From: an uncultured bacterium | GTDB lineage: Bacteria > Omnitrophota > Omnitrophia > Omnitrophales > Aquincolibacteriaceae | Direction: 5' to 3' | Length of the DNA stretch: 64,000 nt | Assembly (NCBI GenBank): GCA_964385615.1 | Contig: CAYLPP010000001.1 | Coordinates: 118,687 to 182,686, forward strand | Shown: piece by piece, positions 11,101 to 19,947 of the stretch | Numbering within the stretch: position 1 is the stretch's first letter | How the letters are laid out: the number at the start of each line of letters is the position of its first letter | Position numbers and translations under genes: made by a program | Notes under the pieces: model-generated | What the model was told of the DNA's origin: nothing | What the model saw: the letters and a program-made list of their open reading frames with translations, nothing else | Databases searched by the model: none

Positions 11101-11243
11101 GCTTCATCCGCGGAATTTTCGGCTTCACCTTCCGGGTTAATAAATTTTCCCTGTTCGGGAGACCACACCCAGTAAGCGTGTGAAACCGCGGGAAAAGAAA
11201 TCAGAAGGATCAGTGCGAAGGAAATCGCCTTTTTGAATGGCAT
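8160..11243 (-). CDS. Secreted 1027-aa protein: N-terminal BamD/YbgF-like TPR domain (~300 aa) followed by ~700 aa of K/E/R-rich segmented coiled coil
   Basis: Signal peptide MPFKKAISFALILLISFPAVSHA with no lipobox Cys. TPR-like repeats (ALYRLGVIAEEQGDYLKAFKQYKKLIESYP..., AGFQLGLTYKKMGQFKKAVEAFQDVL). Long heptad-like KE-rich stretches. The stop overlaps the lptE start by 4 nt. Confidence 0.6.
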   Translation of the reverse strand: MPFKKAISFALILLISFPAVSHAYWVWSPEQGKFINPEGEAENSADEAYNRAMKLYKDKNLKEAEDKIKEILKKTPNAKIAPEALYRLGVIAEEQGDYLKAFKQYKKLIESYPSSERFNEVVEREFRIGNLFFSGKKAKFSGLEILPALPRAAAVFEHIVKNAPYSDFGDKAGFQLGLTYKKMGQFKKAVEAFQDVLDQHPQSSLVQQARYQLAETSYQRSAAEFRDQRALDDASKQVDSFLTRYSEEDAGSEASEEAAKLRQAIDEKNAEKNYRVGAYYEKTNYLDSALIYYGDVSKRYPHTIWGKKAGEKLKSLKAPADYLNSQEKELQDEEASLRAQMKSAGDQDKEEKERLERKLERVEQHHKSLSKSKKESMGRRRDDLARRQRELKEKFKNLDEKRKLLKKNPSEDLKRAIDRWQASLAAEQDDLDKEKSQIKEWSQELGVPERKMDFLPFVGEGPTPLEKVRGIEAKKLYKLSEEKKSLLEEKELLYKHHQEVHSLLGRYGGSTASADGELEKMAAQDGALSGQKEKVENVRGEIESIDKDLEQKVRDYEKNFGKESWLSSGVDALGKGLDKSLDFMNPFGDKKSAPSDDRQRLLEQHMHLKEKIAAEQSIVQTLSEAFNAQLALQEQRRLLAGLRGKEGDPTQEEIVKVRKELKALEKDIRADYQEIQDRHKAKSKMLDEMESLLKSKETQKSPVVRTGNMVASPVIGIAKLGKAFVFGLPQQDVEISEEASRDSGNSPESAQIAELRKKVELESLLIEAKSRELVNKQKELDILRAKASLMGGYKFRPAFVKVPYLFIDEAIQSAKRLVPKKGREDLLINRLNEETAKLESMKAEAVQLEKQIRNVPETAATAPKAEVKPAPAVISGDQGKMRNEIEMLQEKLKTQRKVYEREKAALEDRVAEVRKKSETESRVQEKVQKASTKEEKKFRKELDEIEGALKELIEKEKSLETEESSILEKRIQKIDDVMKHLKSKVLSQDLLTERERMESRLSQIESRKDFLTKELERFQVTGGAAKS

Positions 11244-11318
11244 AACTTGTTTATTTACCTCAACTTAAGGGATTTTTGAAACTCGGACACTATAGCACGG
11301 CCCCCAGGCAGTGTCAAT

Positions 11319-11648
11319 TCACGAGTTGCGCGAATTCAGCTCCGCTGTAAGCCAGGCAAGATAATGACGGCTAACTTTCGATGCCGGCACCGCAAGCACC
11401 TCAGGCACAGTGTAGGAATGATACTTTTGAAGGGTTTTCTGGAGTTTTAAAAATAACTTCGCGCGGGTTTTAATTAAAAGAACCGCTTCCCTGCCTTTGG
11501 TTTTCTTTCCCTTCCACCAGTAATGAGATTCAGCTCCCGGCAGAACCGTTACGCAGGCGGCGAGCCTTTGATCCAGGAGAATGGAAGCCAGACGTGAAGC
11601 TTCTTTTTTGGAGGAAGCCGTTGAAAAAACCAGGAGAATATTAGACAA
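11319..11648 (-). CDS. cutA: Divalent-cation tolerance protein CutA
   Basis: 109 aa containing LAACVTVLPGAESHYWWKGK, similar to E. coli CutA1 ([20 protein letters not shown]). Confidence 0.8.
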   Translation of the reverse strand: MSNILLVFSTASSKKEASRLASILLDQRLAACVTVLPGAESHYWWKGKKTKGREAVLLIKTRAKLFLKLQKTLQKYHSYTVPEVLAVPASKVSRHYLAWLTAELNSRNS

Positions 11649-11656
11649 AGCCGGAA

Positions 11657-11863
11657 TTAACGGCGGGGAGTTAAGGAAGCTTTGTATCCGGTTTCAGGGC
11701 CTTCAAGCACTACGTGTCCCTCACGGCCAAGCCAACCGAGACTCATCAGAAGCAGCTCTTTGGGTTTGCCGATGCCTTTAACCAGCTGATCAACAGTCGC
11801 ACTGCCTTTTTGATCGAGAAAATGCCAGATGTCTCCGGCCGCAATCCCAATTTCTGTAATCAT
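11657..11863 (-). CDS. Small winged-helix DNA-binding protein (DUF2582-like, from memory)
   Basis: 68 aa: MITEIGIAAGDIWHFLDQKGSATVDQLVKGIGKPKELLLMSLGWLGREGHVVLE. This is the pattern of stand-alone wHTH proteins; the family name is recalled from memory. Confidence 0.5.
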   Translation of the reverse strand: MITEIGIAAGDIWHFLDQKGSATVDQLVKGIGKPKELLLMSLGWLGREGHVVLEGPETGYKASLTPRR

Positions 11864-11944
11864 GATGTCTCCTTAACAAATGCGGTCAAATGAAAACAAT
11901 TTAATGAGTAATATAACAGACGCCTGAGGCGCTTTCAAATTTAT

Positions 11945-14752
11945 TTATTTCCTGCCGGCCGGAACCAGATACCTTTCTGCCGGTTTTTGCCCGCCCAGAT
12001 GCTTTCTCAGGGCAGCTCCTGTATGGGAGGCCTTCACCCCGGCAACCTCCTCAGGAGTCCCCTCCGCCACAATACGGCCCCCGTCAGGCCCCCCTTCCGG
12101 CCAGAGATCAATCAGGTTGTCCGCGGTCTTGATCACGTCCAGATTATGTTCAATCACCACAATCGTATTGCCCTGGTTGCGAAGCTGGAAAAGCGCCTGA
12201 AGCAGGTTTTGAATGTCTCCAAAATGAAGTCCGGTCGTCGGCTCGTCTAAAAGATAAAGCGTTTTTCCCGTGGCTTTCTTGCTGAGTTCAGCCGCGAGTT
12301 TGATGCGCTGAGCTTCCCCGCCGGAGAGTGTTGTGGAAGACTGCCCCAGTTTTACGTAACCCAGGCCGATGGTTTTTAAAAGCACCAGTCTTTCCTGAAT
12401 CGCGGAAAAATGCGCGAAAAAATCCACGGCCTCATCCACAGAAAGGTCTAATACTTCAGAAATATTTTTTCCACGGTAGCGCACTTCCAAAGTTTGCTCG
12501 TTGTAGCGCCGGCCCCGGCAGACATCACAAAGCACATAAATATCCGGCATAAAACTCATCTGCAGTTTTTCATAACCTTCCCCGCGGCAGTTTTCACACC
12601 GCCCGCCTTTGAGATTAAAACTGAAGCGCGAAGCGGAATAATTGCGCACTTTGGATTCCTGAAGCTCCGCGAATACTTTTCGAACCAGGCCAAAGAGGTC
12701 GGTGTAAGTCGCCGGGTTGGAGCGCGGTGTGCGCCCGATCGGCGACTGATCAATCTCCACCACTTTATCAATCTTGTCGGCGCCGGCAATCGATTTGAAT
12801 TTCCCGACAGGATATCCTGTTTTCCAGACACGGTTGTGCAGTTCACGGGAAAGAATGTCGTGAACCAGCGTGCTCTTGCCGGAACCGGAAACACCGGTCA
12901 CGCACACAAAAAGCCCCAGCGGAATTTTGACATTTATTTTTTTCAGGTTGTGTTCTTCACAGCCCTTCAATTCAAGGGCCGGCCTTTTGCGCCAATCTGT
13001 TCGTTGTTCCGGAACCGGAATCGTCAGTTCCCCGGAAAGATATTTCGCGGTCAAAGACTCTCCTTTTACTTCCAGTTTATCCGGAGTCCCCATCGCGGTA
13101 ATCTGACCGCCGTTCCGGCCCGCGCCAGGACCTAAATCAATCAGGTAATCGGACCTCAGCATGGTCTCTTCGTCATGCTCCACGATCAGCACCGTGTTTT
13201 TTAAATCACGCAGTTTCTGAAGCGCGTCCAAAAGCTTGCCGTTGTCACGCGGATGCAGTCCGATACTCGGCTCATCCAGCACGTAGAGAACACCGGTCAA
13301 GCCGACACCGATCTGCGCGGCCAGGCGAATGCGCTGAAGCTCTCCGCCGGAAAGCGTGTTGACCGTGCGGTCGAGCGTGAGATACCCCAAACCGACATTG
13401 AGCAAAAACCCCACGCGGGACCGGACTTCTTTCATGATAGGGCCGGTAATTTTATGCAGGTTTTCAGGAAATTCGAGTTTAGCGAAAAACGGCGAGGCTT
13501 CCTCGACCGACATTTCAATCATCTCAATAATATTTCTTTTCTGAATACGGACTTCCAGGCTTTCCTTGCGCAAACGCTTGCCTTTGCACTCAGAACAGAC
13601 GTCTTCTTTTAAAAACTTGGCTACTTTCCGGCGGATTTCTTCTGACGCGCTTTCGTGAAACAATCTCTCAAGCTCTTCGATCAAACCCGAAACGTCATTA
13701 TCACCCCAGAAAAAAACCTCCTTGGCTTCTTCCGGCCAATCCTTCCAGGGCGCGTTCCATTCGAAATGGAATTTTTTATTCAGGTCGTAAACCATATCTT
13801 CAATAAAATATTTATTAAAAGAGAAAAAGATTTCTTCGTTCAGACCGCCTTTCATCAGAGGTTTGGACTCATCCAGAATCACCCCGTGACTCTGCATCTG
13901 CGAAAGCTTGCCCATGCCCTTGCATTTGGGGCACGCGCCGTAAGGACTGTTGAAGGAAAACATATTGGGGGTCAGGTCCGGCGAACTGGTTTGGCACTTG
14001 GCGCAGCTGCGCTTGGAGGAATAAGACCTTCCGCCGGCATTCACAAAACCGCCGCCCAAATCCAGCGCGGCGCTCACGGCCTCCATCAGTCTTTTCTCTT
14101 TCTTGGAATCAACATTCAAATGATCGACTAAAACCTCAATATCGTGGCGGTAAGTTTTACGAAGTTTCAAACTGGGTTCAAGCCGGACCATTTTCCCGTC
14201 AATCCGCGCCTGACTGTAGCCGCGCTTTAAAACATCCTGGAACAGTTTCTGAAATTCCCCCTTACGCCCGCGCACCATCGGCGCGAAAATCTGAATTTCT
14301 TTGCCGGAAAATTCGGCGGTGATTTCTTTGAGGATCTGCTCCCGGCTCTGCTGTTTGAATTCTCCTCCGCACTCCGGGCAGTAGGAAGTCCCGGCCTTGG
14401 CGTAAAGAAGTCTCAGATAATCGTAAATTTCCGTGACGGTCGCCACGATGGAACGGGGGTTATGCGTGGAAAGTTTTTGTTCGATGGAAATACTGGGAGA
14501 AAGCCCGGAAATATAATCAACGTCGGGTTTTTTAAGTTTTTCCAGAAACTGGCGCGCGTAGGAAGAAAGGCTTTCCAGATAACGGCGCTGGCCTTCGGCG
14601 TAAATGGTGTCAAACGCGAGGGAAGATTTTCCGGAACCCGAAAGGCCGGTCAGCACCACCAGCTTGTTGCGCGGAATTTTAAGGCTGATGTTTTTAAGAT
14701 TATGTTCACGCGCGCCTTTGACCTCAATGAATTCCGACGCGGGCGTGGTCAT
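11945..14752 (-). CDS. uvrA: Excinuclease ABC subunit A
   Basis: 935 aa. N-terminal Walker [24 protein letters not shown], a second ABC module ([10 protein letters not shown]) and zinc-finger cysteines. Confidence 0.95.
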   Translation of the reverse strand: MTTPASEFIEVKGAREHNLKNISLKIPRNKLVVLTGLSGSGKSSLAFDTIYAEGQRRYLESLSSYARQFLEKLKKPDVDYISGLSPSISIEQKLSTHNPRSIVATVTEIYDYLRLLYAKAGTSYCPECGGEFKQQSREQILKEITAEFSGKEIQIFAPMVRGRKGEFQKLFQDVLKRGYSQARIDGKMVRLEPSLKLRKTYRHDIEVLVDHLNVDSKKEKRLMEAVSAALDLGGGFVNAGGRSYSSKRSCAKCQTSSPDLTPNMFSFNSPYGACPKCKGMGKLSQMQSHGVILDESKPLMKGGLNEEIFFSFNKYFIEDMVYDLNKKFHFEWNAPWKDWPEEAKEVFFWGDNDVSGLIEELERLFHESASEEIRRKVAKFLKEDVCSECKGKRLRKESLEVRIQKRNIIEMIEMSVEEASPFFAKLEFPENLHKITGPIMKEVRSRVGFLLNVGLGYLTLDRTVNTLSGGELQRIRLAAQIGVGLTGVLYVLDEPSIGLHPRDNGKLLDALQKLRDLKNTVLIVEHDEETMLRSDYLIDLGPGAGRNGGQITAMGTPDKLEVKGESLTAKYLSGELTIPVPEQRTDWRKRPALELKGCEEHNLKKINVKIPLGLFVCVTGVSGSGKSTLVHDILSRELHNRVWKTGYPVGKFKSIAGADKIDKVVEIDQSPIGRTPRSNPATYTDLFGLVRKVFAELQESKVRNYSASRFSFNLKGGRCENCRGEGYEKLQMSFMPDIYVLCDVCRGRRYNEQTLEVRYRGKNISEVLDLSVDEAVDFFAHFSAIQERLVLLKTIGLGYVKLGQSSTTLSGGEAQRIKLAAELSKKATGKTLYLLDEPTTGLHFGDIQNLLQALFQLRNQGNTIVVIEHNLDVIKTADNLIDLWPEGGPDGGRIVAEGTPEEVAGVKASHTGAALRKHLGGQKPAERYLVPAGRK

Positions 14753-15558
14753 GCTCCGATGCGGATCCTGGAGAAAATATTTTTCAGCGACGCAATGGCG
14801 GAATAAACAGCCAGCGCGCTGGTCTTGGGGTTCTGCTTCGAAGGAACGTTCTTGGTGACGGAAGTAATTTCTCCGGCTTTCGAAGTGATGCGGATTTCGT
14901 GCTGGTTGGCTTTATATTTATTCGAAGTCCAGATTTCGACCAGAGTTTTCTCAGCACCTAACCCCGCGATGCTGAGAACCGCGGCCACATTAATATTCTG
15001 AGGGAAATTGATCACCGCCTGCCGGGCATTGCCCCGGAACACGCAGACCTCACTGCTCCCGATCAAGTTGGGGAAAGGATGCGTTTTAAAATATTCCGCC
15101 TGATCCAGGCCCTGCGGAGGTTTGCGGGTGATCAGCTTCACCGATTCCAGCCCGGCCTGCTTGGAAGACCAGAGAGCGTCCAAACCCGAAATGGCCCCGG
15201 AAGGAATCCAGAAGTGCGCTTTTTTCTGATGCAGAAGCTTGAGAGGATCGTTAAATTTTAAAAGCCCTCCAACACTCATGATCAGGACGTCCTGAGTCCG
15301 GCGGAGCGGAAGAGCGAGTACTTCCTGAGCGGCCTGAACGGAGCCGGATTCCAAAACGATATCCGATTTCCGGATCAAAACAGGCAGACTGACGATTTTG
15401 GCTTTTTTGAATTTACGCGAAAGATTCAGCGCTTTTTCAGGATGGTGATCACAGGCATAAACCTCGCTGACCACATGCTGAAGTTCCTTGAAAAGAACTT
15501 CCGCGAGCGCCAGGCCGATAGTTCCACAGCCGACAATGCCGACACTTTTCTTTTTCAT
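14749..15558 (-). CDS. nadX: L-aspartate dehydrogenase (NadX / TM1643 family)
   Basis: [29 protein letters not shown] and [20 protein letters not shown] closely match Thermotoga TM1643 (PSGAIGGLDVL, PRNINVAST, ENPKTSMLTVYSILRALRNL). N-terminal Rossmann GxGxxG. Confidence 0.8.
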   Translation of the reverse strand: MKKKSVGIVGCGTIGLALAEVLFKELQHVVSEVYACDHHPEKALNLSRKFKKAKIVSLPVLIRKSDIVLESGSVQAAQEVLALPLRRTQDVLIMSVGGLLKFNDPLKLLHQKKAHFWIPSGAISGLDALWSSKQAGLESVKLITRKPPQGLDQAEYFKTHPFPNLIGSSEVCVFRGNARQAVINFPQNINVAAVLSIAGLGAEKTLVEIWTSNKYKANQHEIRITSKAGEITSVTKNVPSKQNPKTSALAVYSAIASLKNIFSRIRIGA

Positions 15559-15583
15559 GAAGAAAAACCGGGGTTATTCGAGG

Positions 15584-15937
15584 TTAATCGGGAATAATTC
15601 TATTTTTTGAATCGACGTGAACGATATGCTGTCTATGAGTCTTGATTTCCTCTTCACTGAGAACCGCGAAAGTCATAATAATGACAAGGTCGCCTTTTTT
15701 CCCGTGCAAGGCCGCCCCGCCATTAAGGCAAATTTCTCCGGCACCCGCTTTACCAACCAGCGCGTAAGTTTCAAGCCGCGCGCCGTTGGCCAGATTCGTC
15801 ACCAGCACTTTTTCTCCGGGCAGAATGTCCGCGGCCTTCATCAAATTTTCATCAATGGTGATACTTCCGCGATAATCGATATGCGCGTCGGTAACCGTCG
15901 CGCGGTGAATTTTTCCATGAAGCATTTGTCGCTGCAT
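15584..15937 (-). CDS. panD: Aspartate 1-decarboxylase (pyruvoyl-dependent)
   Basis: MLHGKIHRATVTDAHIDYRGSITIDENL...NGARLETYAL... is similar to E. coli PanD ([28 protein letters not shown]) and includes the Gly-Ser self-cleavage site. Confidence 0.9.
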   Translation of the reverse strand: MQRQMLHGKIHRATVTDAHIDYRGSITIDENLMKAADILPGEKVLVTNLANGARLETYALVGKAGAGEICLNGGAALHGKKGDLVIIMTFAVLSEEEIKTHRQHIVHVDSKNRIIPD

Positions 15938-16810
15938 TTATAGGCTCCCTGTCTTTCGGGTTTTGAAAGCGGCGATTATAACATTATCAATCAGTCTTGT
16001 CTTGCCGACTCTTACAGCCGCCAAAACAGTCATCTGGGGCTGAAACCGCTTGAGAGGCACCAGGGTTTCAGAGTCCACAATCTCGAGGTAATCGACGGAA
16101 TCCGAGCATTCCCGGAGGCGAGCCAGGCCCTCCCGGCGCAACCGGGCCAAGTTCCGGCTCCCCTCTTGAATCTGAGTCCGGATCCAGAAAAGCGTCTTTG
16201 AAATTTCCAGCGCGCGGCGCCGGTCTTCAGCGCTCAAATATTGATTGCGTGAGCTCAGGGCCAATCCGTCTTTTTCGCGCACCGTCGGCATAAGCCTTAT
16301 TTCTAAATCCATGTTCAGGTCTTTGACCATCCGGCAGATCACCGCGCTTTGCTGGTAATCTTTCAAACCGAAATACGCACGGTGAGGTTTGGCGATATTG
16401 AAAAGCTTAGCCACCACAGTGGCGACTCCGCGAAAATGCCCAGGCCGGAATTTTCCGCAAAGCCCGGAAGTAAGCGCCGGGTCCGGCTCCACGAATGTGG
16501 AGAACCCTTCAGGGTAAATATCCTGAATGGAAGGAAGAAAGAGATAATCCGCCTTGACGGATTTTAAAAGTTTTTTGTCGCAGGAAAGCGGGCGCGGGTA
16601 TTTTTTCAGATCTTCTTTCGGGCCGAATTGCGCGGGGTTAACAAAAATACTGACCGCCGTAACCTTGTTTTCTTTTTTGGCCGCGCGGACCAGTGAAAGG
16701 TGCCCTTCGTGCAAAGCGCCCATCGTCGGCACAAAGCCGATGGACTTTCCCCGCTTCCGGAGCTTTTCCATTTCCTTTTGAAATTTTAAAGCACTGCTGA
16801 TTATTTTCAT
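15938..16810 (-). CDS. panC: Pantoate--beta-alanine ligase
   Basis: FVPTMGALHEGHLSLVRAAKKEN...VSIFVNPAQFGPKEDLKKYPR, the canonical PanC HxGH and KMSKS-like motifs. Confidence 0.9.
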   Translation of the reverse strand: MKIISSALKFQKEMEKLRKRGKSIGFVPTMGALHEGHLSLVRAAKKENKVTAVSIFVNPAQFGPKEDLKKYPRPLSCDKKLLKSVKADYLFLPSIQDIYPEGFSTFVEPDPALTSGLCGKFRPGHFRGVATVVAKLFNIAKPHRAYFGLKDYQQSAVICRMVKDLNMDLEIRLMPTVREKDGLALSSRNQYLSAEDRRRALEISKTLFWIRTQIQEGSRNLARLRREGLARLRECSDSVDYLEIVDSETLVPLKRFQPQMTVLAAVRVGKTRLIDNVIIAAFKTRKTGSL

Positions 16811-17265
16811 GACTCAAGGTCTCTAAGCATATCGGCCACGGTTTTCTTTTTTCCGGGATGGCGGAGTTCTGAGTCTAACTCGGCAAGCGGTTTGAGCACA
16901 AACGCTCTTTCGTGCAGACGCGGATGAGGAATCGACAGCCCCGGCTCTTCAATTTTTTGCCCTCCAAAAAAAAGGATGTCCAGGTCGATCGGCCGTGCCG
17001 CGTTTTTACGGGTCCGCACACGCCCCATGGCGGATTCAATCGTGAGAAGCGCAGCCATGAGTTCCCGGGCGTTCAGTTCCGTGTCAATTTCCCAGACGGC
17101 GTTCAGATATTTACCGCCTTCGGCATCCACCGGATCGGTCTCATGAATCGATGATTTCGCGCGGAAGGTTACGCCAGGAACGCGCGCAAGCCGGTCAGCG
17201 GCTTCCTGAATCAGCGCCTGCCTATCTCCAAGATTCGACCCCACTCCGATATAAGCTTTAGCCAT
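16807..17265 (-). CDS. folK: 2-amino-4-hydroxy-6-hydroxymethyldihydropteridine pyrophosphokinase (HPPK)
   Basis: AYIGVGSNLGDR...RPIDLDILFFGG...IPHPRLHERAFVLKPL, the canonical HPPK motifs. Confidence 0.9.
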   Translation of the reverse strand: MAKAYIGVGSNLGDRQALIQEAADRLARVPGVTFRAKSSIHETDPVDAEGGKYLNAVWEIDTELNARELMAALLTIESAMGRVRTRKNAARPIDLDILFFGGQKIEEPGLSIPHPRLHERAFVLKPLAELDSELRHPGKKKTVADMLRDLES

Positions 17266-17318
17266 CGTGACTCCTGAAACGGTCTGAAAAGCGAAGGGTT
17301 CCCGCGAAGGCTGCTGAA

Positions 17319-17400
17319 GGGCCGAAGATTTTTAATGGTAATGAAAAATCCGGCCCGCAAGCAGGTGAGGACCGCTCAAACCGGTTTTCTATCCGCGGTC
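17319..17400 (-). promoter_or_regulatory. Structured leader/spacer between dapL and folK: 13-bp bulged hairpin (17319-17355) plus 7-bp inverted repeat GGACCGC/GCGGTCC (17368-17374/17394-17400) flanking an AAACCGGTTT palindrome
   Basis: Read directly from the sequence. No T-run follows either hairpin, so a canonical intrinsic terminator is unlikely. No match to riboswitch consensus sequences was recognised. Confidence 0.35.
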
Positions 17401-17450
17401 CAAACGGTGCCGTAGCGGGGACCCTGAAGCTTGAAGACCTCGTGCTTAAA

Positions 17451-18638
17451 TCAGTGTTTATGCGAATGACTTTGGGCGATACGCGCCACAGCCTCTTCAA
17501 TGCGGGCATCAGGCATGGTCAGCGAAATGCGGAAATAACCTTCGCCATTGGGACCGAAACCGTTTCCGGGCGTGACCACAATACTCATCTCCTCGAGAAA
17601 CTTCACGGCAAGTTCCGTAGAAGTGTAGCCGGGAGGAACCGGAATCCAGCAGTAAAACGTGGCTTTGGGCGGTTCAATCGGCCAGCCCATTTTAGCAAAC
17701 CCCTGAGCCAGCAGGTCGCGCCGCTTCTGATACATCTGCAGAAGTTTCTGATGCGCTTCTTTTCCGTGATCCAGCGCGGCTTTTCCCGCAAGCTGAATCG
17801 CCTGAAAAATACCGGAGTCCACGTTGGATTTCACTTTTCCAAGGAGAGCGACCAGTTCAGGATTGCCCGCGGCAAAACCCACGCGCCAGCCCGTCATGCT
17901 GAAAGTTTTGGAAAGAGAGTGAAACTCAATCGCGACCTCTTTCGCGCCGTCCACTTCCAGAATGCTGGGAGCCTGGTAGCCGTCAAAACCAACTTCGTTG
18001 TAAGCCGCGTCACAGGCAATAATCAGTTCATGCTCGTGAGCGAACGCCACGATCTTTTTATAAAATTCTTGGGTCGCGATCGCGGAAGTCGGGTTGTTGG
18101 GATAATTGATATAAATCAGTTTTGCTTTTTTCAGCACTTCCGCCGGAATCAAGGTCAAATCCGGGAGGAAATTATTTTCTTTCAGAAGAGGCATGTAATG
18201 CGGAATACCGCCCGCGAAAAGCGTGCCGGAACGGTAAGGCGGATACCCGGGATCGGGAATCAGCGCGATATCCCCGGGATTCACGACGGCCAGAGGGAAA
18301 TGAGCAATTCCCTCTTTGGAACCGATCAGCGGAAGAATTTCTTTGGCCGGGTCCAGCTTCACGCCGTAACGGCCGTCAAACCAGCGCGCGATCGATTCAC
18401 GGAAAACCGGCATACCGGCGTCCAGCGCGTAGCGGTGATTGGAACCGTCTTTGGCGGCTTTGGTCATGGCTTCGATAATAAAATCGGGAGTCGGCGTATC
18501 AGGATCGCCCACCCCTAAGTCAATCACGTCTTTGCCCTTGGCAATCAACTCGCGCTTCTTGCGGTCAACTTCGGCAAAAAGATAAGGGGGCAATGCTTTA
18601 AGGCGTTCGGTCGGGGTAATCGTCAGAGTCTTTTTCAC
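17451..18638 (-). CDS. dapL: LL-diaminopimelate aminotransferase-like class I aminotransferase (DapL type)
   Basis: IDLGVGDPDTPTP, the PLP-lysine region SLSKTFSMTGWRVGF and VTPGNGFGPNGEGYFRIS resemble Chlamydia DapL (ISLGIGDTTEPIP ... VTPGSGFGPGGEGFVRVS). Confidence 0.65.
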   Translation of the reverse strand: MKKTLTITPTERLKALPPYLFAEVDRKKRELIAKGKDVIDLGVGDPDTPTPDFIIEAMTKAAKDGSNHRYALDAGMPVFRESIARWFDGRYGVKLDPAKEILPLIGSKEGIAHFPLAVVNPGDIALIPDPGYPPYRSGTLFAGGIPHYMPLLKENNFLPDLTLIPAEVLKKAKLIYINYPNNPTSAIATQEFYKKIVAFAHEHELIIACDAAYNEVGFDGYQAPSILEVDGAKEVAIEFHSLSKTFSMTGWRVGFAAGNPELVALLGKVKSNVDSGIFQAIQLAGKAALDHGKEAHQKLLQMYQKRRDLLAQGFAKMGWPIEPPKATFYCWIPVPPGYTSTELAVKFLEEMSIVVTPGNGFGPNGEGYFRISLTMPDARIEEAVARIAQSHSHKH

Positions 18639-18720
18639 AGCGCGGCAAGGCCTCTTCTTTCATGAAATATAGGGGTTGGCATAGAGGCGGAATTATAACA
18701 AAGGAAGGGGGTTTTGGAAA

Positions 18721-18915
18721 TCAGATTTGGAAATTAAAAGCGGGATCCAGCAGGTGAAGCTCATAGGCTTTTAGTTTTACTTCATCCCGGACCCATGAAA
18801 ACCGGGTGGAAAGATACAGGGAGTAAACGTCGAGGAACTCGTCCATTTTCTGGCGGATCTCCTCCTGGAGATCCGTGTCATCCTGAATACGCAGAATGAG
18901 ATAGGGCGTTTTCAT
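18721..18915 (-). CDS. Hypothetical protein, 64 aa
   Basis: ORF on the same strand between the 61-aa ORF and dapL. No recognisable motif. Confidence 0.4.
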   Translation of the reverse strand: MKTPYLILRIQDDTDLQEEIRQKMDEFLDVYSLYLSTRFSWVRDEVKLKAYELHLLDPAFNFQI

Positions 18916-18938
18916 GAGCCTCCGGCAAAAAGCCTGAA

Positions 18939-19124
18939 TCAGCTCGCGCTTAAAACGCGCTGAATCTCACGGCGAAGGCTGAACCGGGGTTCCGCGGCAA
19001 GAATTTCGCCGAGCAGAGTCAGGTACTTACGCTGAAATTCCTCGCGGTGGGTTTCATGCCACAGGGAATACAGCCGCATCAGTTTTCTCGCTTTCACTTC
19101 GATCTTACGCACATTTTCTTTCAT
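18939..19124 (-). CDS. Hypothetical protein, ~61 aa (MKENVRKIEVKARKLMRLYSLWHETHREEF...)
   Basis: Track ORF 18939..19199 trimmed to the first ATG that does not extend deep into the upstream gene. Basic and helical in character. Confidence 0.35.
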   Translation of the reverse strand: MKENVRKIEVKARKLMRLYSLWHETHREEFQRKYLTLLGEILAAEPRFSLRREIQRVLSAS

Positions 19125-19908
19125 CAAAATACCCTCCGCCAAGCTGTTTTTCCAAATCAAAATTAAAATGGTTGTCCATCGATTTAATGCGCTCCACAAG
19201 CCCCTGAATCTTGTTTTTGGTTTCGGGGTCCTTGTTCTTGAGCCACAAGCCGTAAAGGTCGAGCAGCTGGTCGATTTTTTCCTGATAGCCGACGCTGTTT
19301 TCGTAATGCTTCACCTCACCCACGAATTGAGTGAAAGCCTGGTCGCGGAAATTGTTCACAAAACCGAAATAATCACGGCGGACTTTGCGCAGAAGGTCCT
19401 GATAATTATCAAAATACCGGGAAAGTTTTTCGAGCACTTCCCCTACGCCGGTCTTCTTGCGGTAAATCCGGGAGTGGTAAAGCGCTGCCTGGTCGTAATA
19501 GAGCTGAGCCAGTTCACGGTAATGTTTTTGTGATTTTTTGAAAAATTTCTGTTTTTTATTTTCAAGGTCATCAAAAATAGCGGTGTGAATCAGAATATGG
19601 TCCGCGTTAACCTTAAAGATAAAGTAGCGGATGGTTTTGTCTTCGGTGCCCTTGACCCAGTTGACGATGTCGCTAGTGTCGAGCGAGAGATAAGGTTCAG
19701 CCATGTCGTGGTACTCCGGCAGTGACACGGCAAAAAGAAGATGGGCCATGTAAACGTTGACGTCTTCGTCGTAGACGTAGCGGTTCGAGGGAAAGTCAGA
19801 GTCCTTGCGGGAGTTCAGAATAGACCCCAGCAGGTAGCGGATCGCAGAGTCCCTCTCCTGGGCTGTAATATCAAAATACAGCTTGTTGTTATCAGGTTGT
19901 TCTGTCAT
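19105..19908 (-). CDS. Hypothetical soluble protein, 267 aa
   Basis: Clean ORF with its own sigma70-like promoter and GAGGG Shine-Dalgarno. No domain recognised from sequence. Confidence 0.6.
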   Translation of the reverse strand: MTEQPDNNKLYFDITAQERDSAIRYLLGSILNSRKDSDFPSNRYVYDEDVNVYMAHLLFAVSLPEYHDMAEPYLSLDTSDIVNWVKGTEDKTIRYFIFKVNADHILIHTAIFDDLENKKQKFFKKSQKHYRELAQLYYDQAALYHSRIYRKKTGVGEVLEKLSRYFDNYQDLLRKVRRDYFGFVNNFRDQAFTQFVGEVKHYENSVGYQEKIDQLLDLYGLWLKNKDPETKNKIQGLVERIKSMDNHFNFDLEKQLGGGYFDERKCA

Positions 19909-19947
19909 GGAACCCTCTGTTCAAGTGCCGGTTCTTTGGTTAGAAAA

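Noticed and set aside
9384-11183. Plus-strand ORFs of 120-137 aa inside the coiled-coil gene (9384-9788, 10146-10508, 10770-11183)
   Set aside because: They are Phe/Leu-rich antisense translations of K/E-rich codons, a typical mirror artefact with no start context.
12494-14131. Plus-strand ORFs of 158-213 aa inside uvrA; similarly 21741-22526, 23806-24531, 24832-25641, 45650-46150 and 57223-57942
   Set aside because: All lie antisense to strongly supported conserved genes (uvrA, pgpH, phoH, aspS, the HDAC gene and the histidine kinase). No motifs.
17266-17450. Known riboswitch (ZTP/pfl or THF) ahead of folK
   Set aside because: The conserved ZTP (GGGUCGUGACUGGCG ... CCGGGAG ... CCGCCUGGGCA) and THF motifs were not found. 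The region is reported only as an unexplained structured spacer.
17442-18518. 358-aa plus-strand ORF
   Set aside because: It is fully antisense to the well-supported dapL-like aminotransferase. Its Arg/Gly-rich composition is typical of GC-rich antisense frames.
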